From contig OZ281501.1 of the NCBI GenBank assembly GCA_965637545.1, positions 15,190,001 through 15,254,000 of the forward strand: a stretch of DNA of 64,000 nt, read 5' to 3'. Position 1 is the stretch's first letter. Every line of letters starts with the position of its first letter. This document shows positions 52,506 through 64,000 of the stretch, piece by piece. The translations under genes were made by a program, and so were the position numbers. This DNA is from Phallusia mammillata (taxonomy: Eukaryota). Below the pieces are notes generated by a model that was not told where the DNA came from, ran no database searches, and was given only the letters and a program-made list of their open reading frames with translations.

Positions 52506-53694
52506 TTTTCGACGTTTAAAAAATAAGATACTGCTGCACAAATGGAATGTTAAGAAGATTGGTATCACTTCGAGGACCATGGGTTATATTCTGGTGCCCA
52601 CCTAAAGTGTATTACGTACTTATTGGACGTGAAAGTTCGTTCCACAAATACGTTTATACTTACGAAACGAACAAAGCGTTGCTATCGTAACCTTATTTTG
52701 TTTTTGTTGGGTAATTGCCGCATGTGTTTACGTGTTTAACAACATTGCTTAATGTGTTCAGAAAATATACAGTGCTTGCATTCACCAACACACTACTCCT
52801 TGTTAGTGGAAAAGCAATTTAAATTTTAGGCTTGACCATTTTGTGAGAAAAACACATTAAAAACACTTTCACAACACTAAAACTGAGGCAATGCCTGCAA
52901 CCTTCGGAACAAATTCTTTAAAATTCAGGTAATACCTATGCAACAGTTTTTGTACGATTGTTCACAACAGTGGTTCTAAAAGTGGGATTCAAACGCATAA
53001 CGAAATACCATGAGTCGGTTGTGATTTACCAAGTAACAAAATTTTCGTCTACGTTTTGTGGTGTGACCAATGATGTACTGTAAACAAACTATGATTTGAA
53101 TAGCTTTGTCAAATTAAAGTGTCCAGAGTTGCACGGAAATTTTTTTGAACGCACAATTGGTTACGATTGATGATTCTTGAAGAACAAGTATTGTTAACCA
53201 GAACCACAACCAGTTGCAAAACTTCCATTCTGCCGAAAAGAAAAACTACAAATAAAAAACTGAACTACAAACCCAACCGCTTTTCAACGCTGCGATGCAA
53301 CAGGAAACTATTCAGGTTTCGCCTGTGTTGAAATACTTTGTTTAATTGAGTAAATGGAAATTCGATTAAAACTTTTGTGCCTTACAGATTATTTCCTGCT
53401 TCATGAGCCCACTTGGCTCAAAAAGTAGTGAATAGGCTGTTTTTGAGCACCAAATTCAATTCAGTCAGGATCTGCTTATAGACGAAGTGGCACCAACTGC
53501 GCGATCGTGTCTAGAATGCTGAGTGCATCAATAACTGTTACCTTCAAAGGTTTTGTTTAGAATTCAGCATTTAACTCCTTGAGTCGAGAAAAAATTAGCA
53601 AGTGAAATTTTTTGTTTGATGTAACGTCACCATAACCTTTGCTAAAAAATGTGTTAAAACAGTTTGATAGAAAGTTTAGAAATAAGTCATACTT

Positions 53695-56600
53695 ATGAAA
53701 ATCTTGTTTGTGCTTCTAGCAGGATTTCTCTTGCTTCAATTTGGTAAGTGCTGACACATTTTATCACATGTTTCTATTTTATCTGTAGTCAAACATTTAA
53801 ACTAAGTCTTTTGAAAGCATTGAACTGCTTGACACTTCTGTTTGACGAATATTTTTGGTTTTGCAATTTTACTGTGTATGTCGTTAGATAGTAGAGTGGT
53901 TGCCGCCACCAGTTTGCAGTACGACTGGTGGTTGTCTCGCCACTGATTTATGATTTTTTCCCTCGGCTTCGACCAAATTCAATGGTCAGAACTGAGTCAT
54001 AGTTTCAAGTACTAAACCAAATACCGGAAATCAATGCTACAAATTTGATTTTGCAGTTGATTCACAAATATGCCCAAGATTTATGGGCCTGGTTGAAAAG
54101 GGCAGAAGATGCCGAAAACCTTGTCAAACGGACGCAGATTGTAGGGGCGCTCTAAAAAGATGCCGTTGTGATGACGATTGTGGCATGTCGTGCTTTAATC
54201 CAAGTATGTAACGATACTACTTAATTTTGACGCTTTAGATTTGGAAAGTTTGGCTCAATAAGTTTTTGGTTGCCATAACCCTCCTATGTAACAAGACACT
54301 CTCACTTTGCTGCAAAATATGTTATTGCTGTCTGCAAGTAAGCTCTAATAAGAAACAACAGTACGTTATTTTATAGTAGGTATCATAATAATTTAATAAA
54401 TGTTGATCCAAAGTACAGAAAATGCAAAGCAGGACCCTTGAAAAAACCAAACCAACTTTTGTTGTTTGTAGAATTTAGCTTGTTAATTCGGGGAGATTTG
54501 TGTGGCAGAAAGGTCCAATTACCTTCTATGCCGCTTTTTCAAACACAGAGGCAGAATGTCCACCTCTGGAAGGGATACCCGATGGAAGAGTTATCTACCG
54601 GGGAAGAATAAGAAAATACAAATCTCGAGCTCAATATGTTTGCAACCAGGGCTATATTTTAAGAGGTGAAGCTTTTCGGACATGTCGCAGCGACAAGAAA
54701 TGGTCGGGCACCGTTCCACAATGCACAAGTAAGTACTCGAAGCCAGCAACATGCATGTTTGTTGTGATATGACCATTATAAGTGTTTCGGTTTAATTAAA
54801 ACAAGTTGCAAAAATAGTGGTGTTGATTGTGTCTGTCATAATGGTTAAAAACCTAAATCATGTTTGTGAATATTTTTTGAGATAATATTTTTCTGAGTGT
54901 CAAAACTATCCCAGTCAGAAATTGAAGACGTAATTTTTACGCCAGTTACGTCAATCCTGTGAAAACCATTAGAACAGTGGTTCTTAACCGGGGTTCGATC
55001 GAACCCCAGGGGTTCGACAACTCCGAATCAGGGGTTCGACGAAGGTCTTTTTGAAGTACAATACAAATACTCGTTTTTGTCAAACTTTAGGGTCTATTGT
55101 CGCTAAAAACGGCAATTTGTGTTTGCTCAATATCAAAACACTGGAAGGTTAACTTAGGTAGGTGTGTTTTAAACTGCACTAAACAGTATTTGTGGTACTA
55201 AAAATAGTATTACCAGCCTAATACCCGTATGTGTCAATCTTTTTGTACGCATATTGTGTGCCAACAATGCGAAAAAATAGGTACCACAAGCACCACAATA
55301 TAGATTATGACATCATAAACACTTAAGACTGATCTCCTCGTTGTGCAGCTCAATCTGTGCACCGAGCTAAAAATTAAAGTGGGCTTTTGGGCGCTATTAG
55401 ATGGTAAATACATCATATAAACGATCATATAAAGTATTTTAAAACAATAATAAGCAGGTAAATGGCGGCAGTTGGTGAAATAAGAATCTGCGATGCGGCC
55501 GTCCTAGCAAAATGGTCGTGCACCCCTGCACTAAGATTTTGATTTCTTTTATTTACCACCATCCGTTACATTAGCATAGCATCGCATAGTTCAATCAGTC
55601 AAACTGTATAACATAACCGTAAAATAACAACATAAAATTCAAATAATAATTGTAAGCTGCTCTGACGATAATTGCACTTTCTATCAAGAAGCGATGAGAT
55701 TTGAACCTTTGTCGACGAATGCATGTGTGTCTTTATTTTTTATGTTTGCATATAGACGTAGGCCCAATGAACTGTGTAATCGATAAATTTGCCCCTATTA
55801 CTTAGAAAAGATTGATATGATAAATACTCCCAGGTCAATAAATTATCAATCAGGTAAAATAGGTAGGCCTACATGGTTTATGCGAATTATTTTGTGCTGG
55901 TGACCGCTGTTTTGTTTATTATTTAGTCGTTGTCATTGACAAATATACTTACTATTCTTATGCCGTGTTGCTTCAACAGCTTCCAACTTTTGCGACTCCC
56001 TTCCGTGTTTAAACGGAGCAACATGCCACGCAGATGGAAGATGTCAATGCAGAGAAGGATTTTATGGCACTCGATGTGAAAATGGTAAAATATTATGCAA
56101 AACTGTCATTTGGATTTTACACTTTCCTGGGCAGTAAAGTAGAAAATTTGTCAATTTGATTTTCAGTTTACAGGTGTCCGCCATTATCAGATCTCAATAA
56201 CGGTAATATTCAATACATTGGGTTGAGGTCCTCGCATCGCGAATATGGATCACGCGTTGCAGTAAATTGCAATGCCGGATTTGAACCAAGCAGGAATGTA
56301 GTACTCACTTGTCTTGGTATGGGACAGTGGTCTGGCGAGTTACCAAGTTGCACAGGTAAGTGATTGGTATACATTCAATTTGCCTACTGTGATCATTTAT
56401 ACTACTTTGGGTATTTTTTAAGCACAGCTTTTTACAATTTGTTATGTTTTTGTCAGTTGGCCTGTGTGGCGATGTATTAAAAACGAGGCACTTTTCTTAA
56501 AAAAGTAAAATACTTTGTGTACAATAAAAAAAAACATTTGTTTAAAAATTAATTGTTAACCACAAATGCGGTGCATACATGAATGTTCAGCCTGGAAGGA

Positions 56601-59600
56601 GTTTAACTATTATCAGAGGTTTAAGGCTTAGATATGTTACACAAAGGCCTGGCGACCTGCCAGTCCAGTTTAATAATATCTCTTAGGTTTGTTCTGACTT
56701 TTCCACGACCTACAACTTTATAGTTTAGCCAGTGACGTAGTTGTAAAATACCCTTAAAGTGTGTTCAATATGTTGCAGTCCAACGATGCAACGAGCTGAG
56801 GAAACTACCCAACGGGCGTATTGACTATCAAGGAACACTTTCAGAAAGACTTAATGTCGGACAACGCGCAAATGTTATCTGCAATCCCGGTTATCAAACA
56901 GATACTGAGGAGTTGATTTGTGAATCTGGTGGATGGTCGCCTTCTTCATCACCAACTTGTAACCGTAAGTTAATTCCTCTGTATTGTGTACTTTTTGGTT
57001 TATTATCTCAACTATGGTGGTCGTCGCTTGTTATTCTAAAGAGGAAATGTACTTCTTAACTTTTGTATAGTAGTCTTTTGATTTCAAACGGCTATGAACG
57101 GTTGCGTAACAATAATTTTATAAAAAACTGTTTAACCTGGTAGTATTGTTTTTATTTGTAACGTGGCAATCTAACTTTAAAACTTTAGTCGAATCGGGAT
57201 ATTTAGTTTAAGAGGGAAATAATTTTGGCCAAAATTGGCACAGTACTGTTTACAAAAAAACTATTTTAAGGGATGCGATTAAAATATTGATAAGGTATAT
57301 CAATGGGGCGCGACATGTCGCAAAAATTAAACTTCAAAAATATTTGGGTGGCGTCAAAAAAGTTTCAGAACGACTGATCTATAACTTAACTAACTACCCC
57401 ACTTTTCCCCATACTGGACTTAGTTAAAAATTAACTTAATTAAATAAAAAATGTAGTTTTTGTACAATGTGTCATTGTGTTATTGCGTTTTTTCTTGTAT
57501 TCTTACTTGTTATCCCACTTGTCCCCAATAAAAGCTAGGTCTTCATACAACGTCCTATTATAGAACGTCCTACTAAAATAGAAAGATTGTAAATACTAAA
57601 GTAGACTATTTATCGCCATGTTTGACCTTAGAACACAAAACTTCATGATGGCTATCTCTGAAAATGCATTTTTCGCAACTTTGCATGTGTGGACACCCAT
57701 GAGTTTCTGTTTGCAGACACAAACAAGGGTATAAAAATACGTTGGCTAAAATAAGACCCAATTAGGGATGGGCCGAGTCGAGCTAGAAGTCCTCGGTACC
57801 GAGCATCGCTGCTTTTAATGCTCTGTGTCGGCCGAGCAGTTGCACAAACTGACTCGAGCATAATATTTGCACATTCATGTCCATGTATACGAAACTAGTG
57901 TGCGAAAGGGTATCGAAGATCAAAAATCACTGCCGAGCATTAACGAGAGATGCTCGGCGGTCGACCAAACAGCTCGAACATTTGCGGTTTTGACACTTCC
58001 CTAGACCCAATATAAAATAACTGTAGCGAATATGTAAACTTTTTATAATATGCCATAGCACAGGCACATAGCCACCTTTATATATTTTAATCCTACCCTT
58101 TTTTCAATGCAATATTTCCAACTTTGTAATTATTAGTACTCAAATATATCATTGGATACATTCCAGTGTTGTATTGCAAATCGTGCCCACTGTACACATT
58201 TGTGCTAATAACACTATTCCTTTTTTCTGAAGTCTCCCCGTATAAGTCTTCTTGTTCTCCGCAAAAATGCGCACGGGTCGAAATGACACAGACCGACAAA
58301 TCAGGTCATAGCGGTTACGATTCAATCAGCCTCGCGCATCAAAAATTTCAAAAACGCATCTACATTCCACTGAGAGCCACGCATTCCACACGTAAATGTG
58401 TGACATATAGTTTAACGTTCAGATTTAGACTGAAGATTTGTGATATTAGTGCCATTCTCAGGATCATATTCAAGTCCCTAATATTTACTTTGGACGGATC
58501 TTGTGTAATGAGTAAAGGAAACACATAATTTTACAAATAAACAACATTTGTAAACAACACGTATTTCAATACTGGCTGCAAATTTTTCAAATTTGGTGGA
58601 TTATGATGTTGTGGCCTTAGATTCAAATAACTGAAATGTAACTTATTTTGACAATCACTACCTTTTTAATGGGAAAATTGTATTTCATGTTTTGCAGTTT
58701 ACCGATGCAATAAGCTGAGGAATCCAAGCAATGGGCGTATCGTTTATCAAGGGACACTTTTAGGAAGATTAAATATCGGACAGCGCGCTCATGTCCGCTG
58801 CAATCCCGGTTATCAAACAGATACTGAGGTGCTGATTTGCGACCCTAGCGGATGGTCGCCTTCTTCATCACCAACTTGTAACCGTAAGTAACCGTAAAAT
58901 ATTTATTTAAAGACAGGACGTAAAAAAAACTCTCAGCAAGTTAAAAGATAGACATCGACCGTTCACGGGTTTGGTAATCATGCGAAAGAGTAAAAACGAA
59001 CAAAAACAACTTTTCAAATCATTTTCAGATTCTGTCAGATTTAACTTTAACGTTCAGTTTTTCGCTAGCTCTTCCGTGCTTCTTTCAAGTCTCAAAAATA
59101 AAGGAGGGTGTTGCTGTTCGCGGTTACGACAGAAAATCATTACCGGAAACGTTTCCGAGCGGAAGCACTATCACAATGGAGGTAACATGTACTGTTATTA
59201 CTGTTTTATTCTTTATCTAGCCATTGTTCAGTCTAAAAAACTTGACAACATTTTTGGCTTGCGCTCTATTCTATATTTTCGAGGCATAAATATCGTTAGA
59301 AAATGATTCTTGCAAAACGTACTCCCATTTAGTATGTTTCGCTTATTTTGAGAACGATTTGAAACAATTTGACGCACGCAGATCTATAAGAGATTGAGAA
59401 CAAAGAACAAAATACTTTAATAACAAATGAAACGTCACAGGCATTTTAAAACCAACAATAAAGATCATTTGTTGGTCCACGGTTGTTTATTTTGTGGTAC
59501 AACAAATAAAATTAGATAGACAGCAAAAAAGACGAGATTTGGAGTCTGTAGCCTGATACGACTATATAAAGAACCGAGATTAAACAAAAATAAAATATCA

Positions 59601-62600
59601 AAACAAATATTTTGGAAATACCACAAAAGAGAAATGTTAGTTGATATAGCTTTAACTTTGTTTAATGTATCTACATCTCAGTTGGGATGTGTTACCTCTT
59701 ATGTTCTTAGCTTAATACACGGACTCATTTTAAAATAAATAGTTATTACTGGGATAAGATACTCTCAGGGTGTTAATGCAAACGATGTATTTTATGTTAA
59801 TATTTTTGTCAATGTTTACTGGCTTTCAATTTGCAGTGCGCCAATTCCACGCATGACTTTTTTGGTGAAAATCAACTAAACTGCGTGAGAGGATTATGGG
59901 ACCACGACCCTGGAAATTCATCTTGTCACGCCCCCTGCACACCTCTACAAACTCCAGCCAATGGACGCTTCGAATTTCTGGATTACGCAAGTAATAGCAT
60001 CAATAGATGGAAATGGGGTTCACGAATCAAACTGTTCTGTAATCCCGGCTACAAACCAAGCAATCGAAGCGATATTGTATGTCAGGACGGATGGTCAAGT
60101 GAAGCCACTTGTGAAGGTACACTGCATGGTTGTTAGTAATGCAAGAATGATACATTTTGTCATTTATGAAAACTAACCAAGAAGTAAGAAGTGGTGTATA
60201 TGTTATAATTTTTTTTAAGTGAAGCTGCCTATAGATACGTCCCAATATTCTTATGTTGTTGATTTAGCAATTGAAAGTGAATACCGTAACCTTACAAGCA
60301 GTTGATATTTAAAAAAAAACAGTTTTTGATAAAATAACAAACTTTGGACCAATTCTATTTTTTGTGCGTGTATGCGGAAAAGTGAATCAAATTGCATGTT
60401 TTCGAACCGCTTTACAGTTTTACATTAGTTTCATTTTAATTGTTTTTAGCAAGACCATGTCTTTTGTACGGAAGTGACCTTCCTGTGGGAATAAATTTTG
60501 TTGGATTTGAACTTGAATATTATGATGAAAGAGAATTTGAAGTTGGTGCATCGGTGCAACTTGAGGTATGATCAACACCTTTTTCTGTCAACAATAAATC
60601 TGATGATAAAAACCGACTAATTGAGTGTGAAAGAAAAGATTGAAGATGGAGAATTATGCCCCTCAAAGGCATTTAGGCTTTTTGACTTTTAAGCATAGAA
60701 AACCTAAATACTGAAATGCGGTTGGATGTTGCATTATTTATAGTCAAACAAGAAGAGTAGAAGAATAAAATACGATTATTAATTCGGTAATATAATCGAT
60801 TACAATGCAAGCAAATTTTTGCAATAATTAATTAAAATTGCACATAATAATCCTTTTCAAAACTACGTTTTTTTCTATTAGGACTTTAAGCTCAGTAAAA
60901 TGCAAAAAAAACTCGAAAGCTTTTTTTTCAAATGTTTACAGTGCGACGATCAATCAGAAGAACTTGCAGAGAAGTTTGACAGAACAATCACGTGTTTACC
61001 CGGAATGTTTTGGACAGCTGATTTCTCAAATTACTACTGTGTTGCTTCGCAAAATGGTAATCATATCAGCAACATACTTTTAAAAATAATTGGTGGTGCC
61101 CTTTCCTGAAAGCGTTGGAGGGGTTGTTAACAGCCGGTGCTAAAAAAAAACGTTGGTGAAATGTTTAAACATTTACCGATTGGGACGAAATTTATTACAT
61201 TACATTATTGTAAAGCATTGATTGTAACATTGTCAACCTGCACCGTTTACCCCCACTCACCCCTAAATTGTGTAAAATTTGTAAACAATGTTTGATTTGG
61301 ATGAAGCCGAGACAGTTTCTGAAGACTTCACTACTTAAGGCCCTTGATTGAGTGTTTCACCCACAACCACACCATTTACAGGACCTGCCCTTCACAAACT
61401 TTAAACTATGTATTAAATAACATTAAAATAGTTTGTATTTCATATAGCATGAATATTTACGAGCAATATCGATCTCTGTGTTTGACCCTGCAGCACCAAA
61501 CTTATAGTTACTTCCTTTTCTGAAGGGGACATCAATTGTTTAATCTGTATTTTTATTAGTTAGTAAGTTGATCCTCCTACTGTTTGACTCTGGATTACCG
61601 AGATATTTATCCACACGCAACCCAAATGTGATTTTTGTTTGCTTATAATATACTTACTGAACTACATGAACCATGAGTTTCACACCGTACTGTAGATGAT
61701 GCATTGTAAAAGACTTTAATTGGTGTTTAGGTTTACCTGTCCTTTAGGTCAGAAATACAAGACCCAATGTGCTGAAGTTTTAAACAGGTGTTTGAAGGGT
61801 GTTATTTGTTTGTCATTTAAAAGTTTTTCCTGGTCGGCCCAGTGGCTACCTTTACAGCCAATAATATGTGTACACTGGAAAGTCAACACTGCCCTACATC
61901 AACTGTGGCGGTTTAATGTATGAGAGGAGCTACTCTGCTTCACGCATGAACAGACGTGTAACTTTGATTTTTTGGTTATTAGAAATCAACTAGTTTTGCA
62001 CCACAATACCTTTGACTGAACATGTGCATTTTTAGTTTTGGTGGTAAGGGTTTCATATCTTACTAATACCCTATTGTTCTGTTGAGTTGTTGACTCGTTA
62101 AGCAATAGCTATAGATTGCGTCTGACAAAACGCTGTTAATAAACATAAAGATCAAGAGATGAACTTAATGTCTCTAAAAACACGTTAAAGTGGTCAATAA
62201 ACGGTCGTTATCGCACGACGTGGTGTTGCTTTCGATCAACTTACAGGGGTCGCAAAAAAAAAAGGATTTGGAGCATTTTTTTCTTTTGTTACTTAAACTG
62301 TATGTTGGAAACCATTCAAATTTACATGCAAAAACAATCATGTTAGTTGGTACAATGGTATATATAGTAAACCGTCAAACAGGATATAGAGTATAAAAAT
62401 GGAAATATATAGAAAAGCCACCTTTTATAGTTTGCAAATTTGCATAAATTTTGGGCTTCAAAAATAATTTAAAATAAAGGGTATAAAAAGCGTTGTTTGC
62501 ATGGAGATCAATATAAATTAAATTAGTCTCGCAAACTGCTTCACAAATTAAATGTTGGTTCAATTACTGCATTTGTGCTGCAACGAGACTAATTTTTTAA

Positions 62601-62858
62601 CAGCAAAACTCAGTTCGTTGATTTTAGCGGGCAAATTTGTAAGGTAAAAGTATAATGGTTACAACTCAACTGAGAAAACAATTAATGTTTTCTGATTGAC
62701 TTCAAAGTCAACTTCAAATATACTCGTAGGCCTGTAAAGCAAAGTAACAAAATATAAAAATAATAACTGTTCGGTGTTATTTAACTGGTCTTCACACACG
62801 CAATGTTTTATATTTTTACGATTTGTATGATTTTATTTCTTTGTTTACAGGCAACTGA
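53695..62858 (+). CDS. Secreted WAP + CCP/sushi + EGF protein (LEV-9-like): signal peptide-WAP-CCP-EGF-CCPx6, about 557 aa
   Basis: Exons: 53695-53743 ([16 protein letters not shown]), 54057-54203 (WAP-like CP...C...C..DADC....[14 protein letters not shown]), 54549-54728 (CCP), 55980-56084 (EGF, CLNGATC...[12 protein letters not shown]), 56167-56355, 56779-56964, 58698-58883, 59069-59181, 59837-60116, 60450-60565, 60942-61056, and a probable terminal exon 62851-62858. The last exon is uncertain; read-through to the stop at 61109 is the alternative. Confidence 0.82.
54975..55050. mobile_element. hAT MITE left-end fragment
   Basis: CAGTGGTTCTTAACC followed by repeated GGGGTTCGA units and the palindrome GGGGTTCGATCGAACCCC. 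No matching right end was found. Confidence 0.45.
57763..58003. mobile_element. hAT (Ac-like TAGGGA ends) MITE, 241 bp
   Basis: TAGGGATG... / ...CTTCCCTA termini, a perfect 8-bp TSD GACCCAAT (57755-57762 and 58004-58011) and subterminal CCGAG/CTCGG repeats. Confidence 0.8.
61740..62010 (+). repeat. Interspersed repeat copy related to 8790-9120
   Basis: The same colinear blocks as the copy in MLCK intron 6. Confidence 0.6.
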
Positions 62859-63073
62859 CCCACCTGTAGTTTCGGCAATGACATTGACCAATTCATCGCA
62901 GGCTGGCACAACCCCCTAATAGACTGCGTTTTCTTACATTAAGAGATTGCTGACAACATTATCACTGACATCTTTTATCATTTGTGTAAATACAAATATA
63001 TTTCTACCATGTGCGTAGGGAATATTTTAAATCTATAGGACAAGTTTGGCCCAGAACTGTCATACCAGTAGGC

Positions 63074-63079
63074 AATAAA
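63074..63079 (+). terminator. Candidate polyadenylation signal of the WAP/CCP gene
   Basis: AATAAA about 215 nt after the predicted stop at 62858. Confidence 0.3.
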
Positions 63080-64000
63080 TAATATTGCAGCACGAAATTG
63101 TATGTGGCTTGTGGTTACATGACAATATAAAACTCAGTTCATGTTTTCCTAGTTTGTCACAAAACTTAGTACGAAGGTTCAAAAAAATTTACCTGATGTA
63201 GTCAAACAGGGAAATATTTAAAAGGGAAGTGAACTGAAAAAAAGTCAACAATATCAATGATGTCAAGCGATGTGTTTAATTTTTTTGATGATTTGACACA
63301 ACGCACAAATGTGAAATAAGACAATAATTATGAAAATGTCACTTTCATTGTTGCGTAACAAATGTGATTTTGGCACGAAATTATGTCGTAACAACAACAG
63401 TGTTTGTCGTCACAACTTGAATGTTTGCTTTAACGAAGCAGCTGCGATTGATTGGGGAGATTAAAAAGTTTCCACTGACCACTTTGATGAAAAATGTGTA
63501 CATATGCAACGTTTTAACGTTGTAACAACTAGGTGATGCTGGTCAATAAAAATCATGACCATAAATATGTGGTAATTGTCAATCAAAATCGCATGCAGAA
63601 AATTTACTGTTATTGCTTTGTGTAAGTGGCAGCCTAAATTAATACTGATCAGTCGATCGTGTACGATTAGGAAATTTTTCGTCGATTTTAACGACTAACA
63701 AGTTGACCACCCCTGCAATAAACAATAACTTGTAACTTATCTCCTATTTAAAGGCACAAAACCTGTTACCCCGTTGGTCCGCTGTTTGATTTTTGTTTGT
63801 TTCTTTCTTTAAAGCACGTCAGTTTACATCCAAATAAACCATAACATTAAAATTTGCACACCTTAAAACATGACTCGAACACATTTTGAGTCTAAGTCTA
63901 TCTGCAGGGGGGATACAATGTTTTCAAAATCAATAATTATCAAATCAACCCCGTACGTGACGCAGTACAAGAACTTACAATTTATAACTACCTTTAAAAA

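Noticed and set aside
52499-52508. GA|GTAGTT as a donor extending obscurin beyond its stop
   Set aside because: Poor exon-side context and no downstream Ig or kinase exon before the next gene.
58971-59306. 111-aa ORF in the track
   Set aside because: Wrong frame; the real CCP half-exon is 59069-59181 in another frame (PCFFQ...[10 protein letters not shown]).

Overview
AT-rich, intron-dense animal genomic DNA, most likely an invertebrate chordate such as an ascidian. This assignment is inferred from introns as short as 58-69 nt, chordate-like MYLK and obscurin motifs, and a SINE resembling the Ciona type. I assembled three tandem + strand genes by hand from GT-AG junctions, and each gives a continuous reading frame. 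(1) 1320-16054, 16 exons, about 1737 aa: a smooth-muscle-type myosin light chain kinase (Ig, FN3, intact kinase, CaM-binding RRKWQKTGNAVRALGRL, telokin-like Ig). Its 3.1-kb first coding exon encodes an Slp-homology/Rab-binding zinc-finger domain. That domain is split by an insertion of about 796 aa that is low-complexity and carries four NPF motifs. (2) 18158-52505, 65 exons, about 4000 aa: an obscurin-like protein (about 25 Ig, 2 FN3, acidic spacer, SH3, divergent DH, PH, Ig) with no C-terminal kinase. Its first exon is phase-compatible with a cryptic donor just before the MLCK stop, so a single transcript of about 5740 aa is possible. (3) 53695-62858: a secreted WAP-CCP-EGF-CCPx6 (LEV-9-like) protein. 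Introns hold hAT and Tc1/mariner MITEs, tRNA-derived SINE copies, a decayed Penelope-like GIY-YIG fragment and three minimal hammerhead ribozyme motifs, one with an intact core. The octamer TGACGTCA is strongly over-represented, mostly inside obscurin exons. All exon models and isoforms are predictions from sequence alone; no searches were run.
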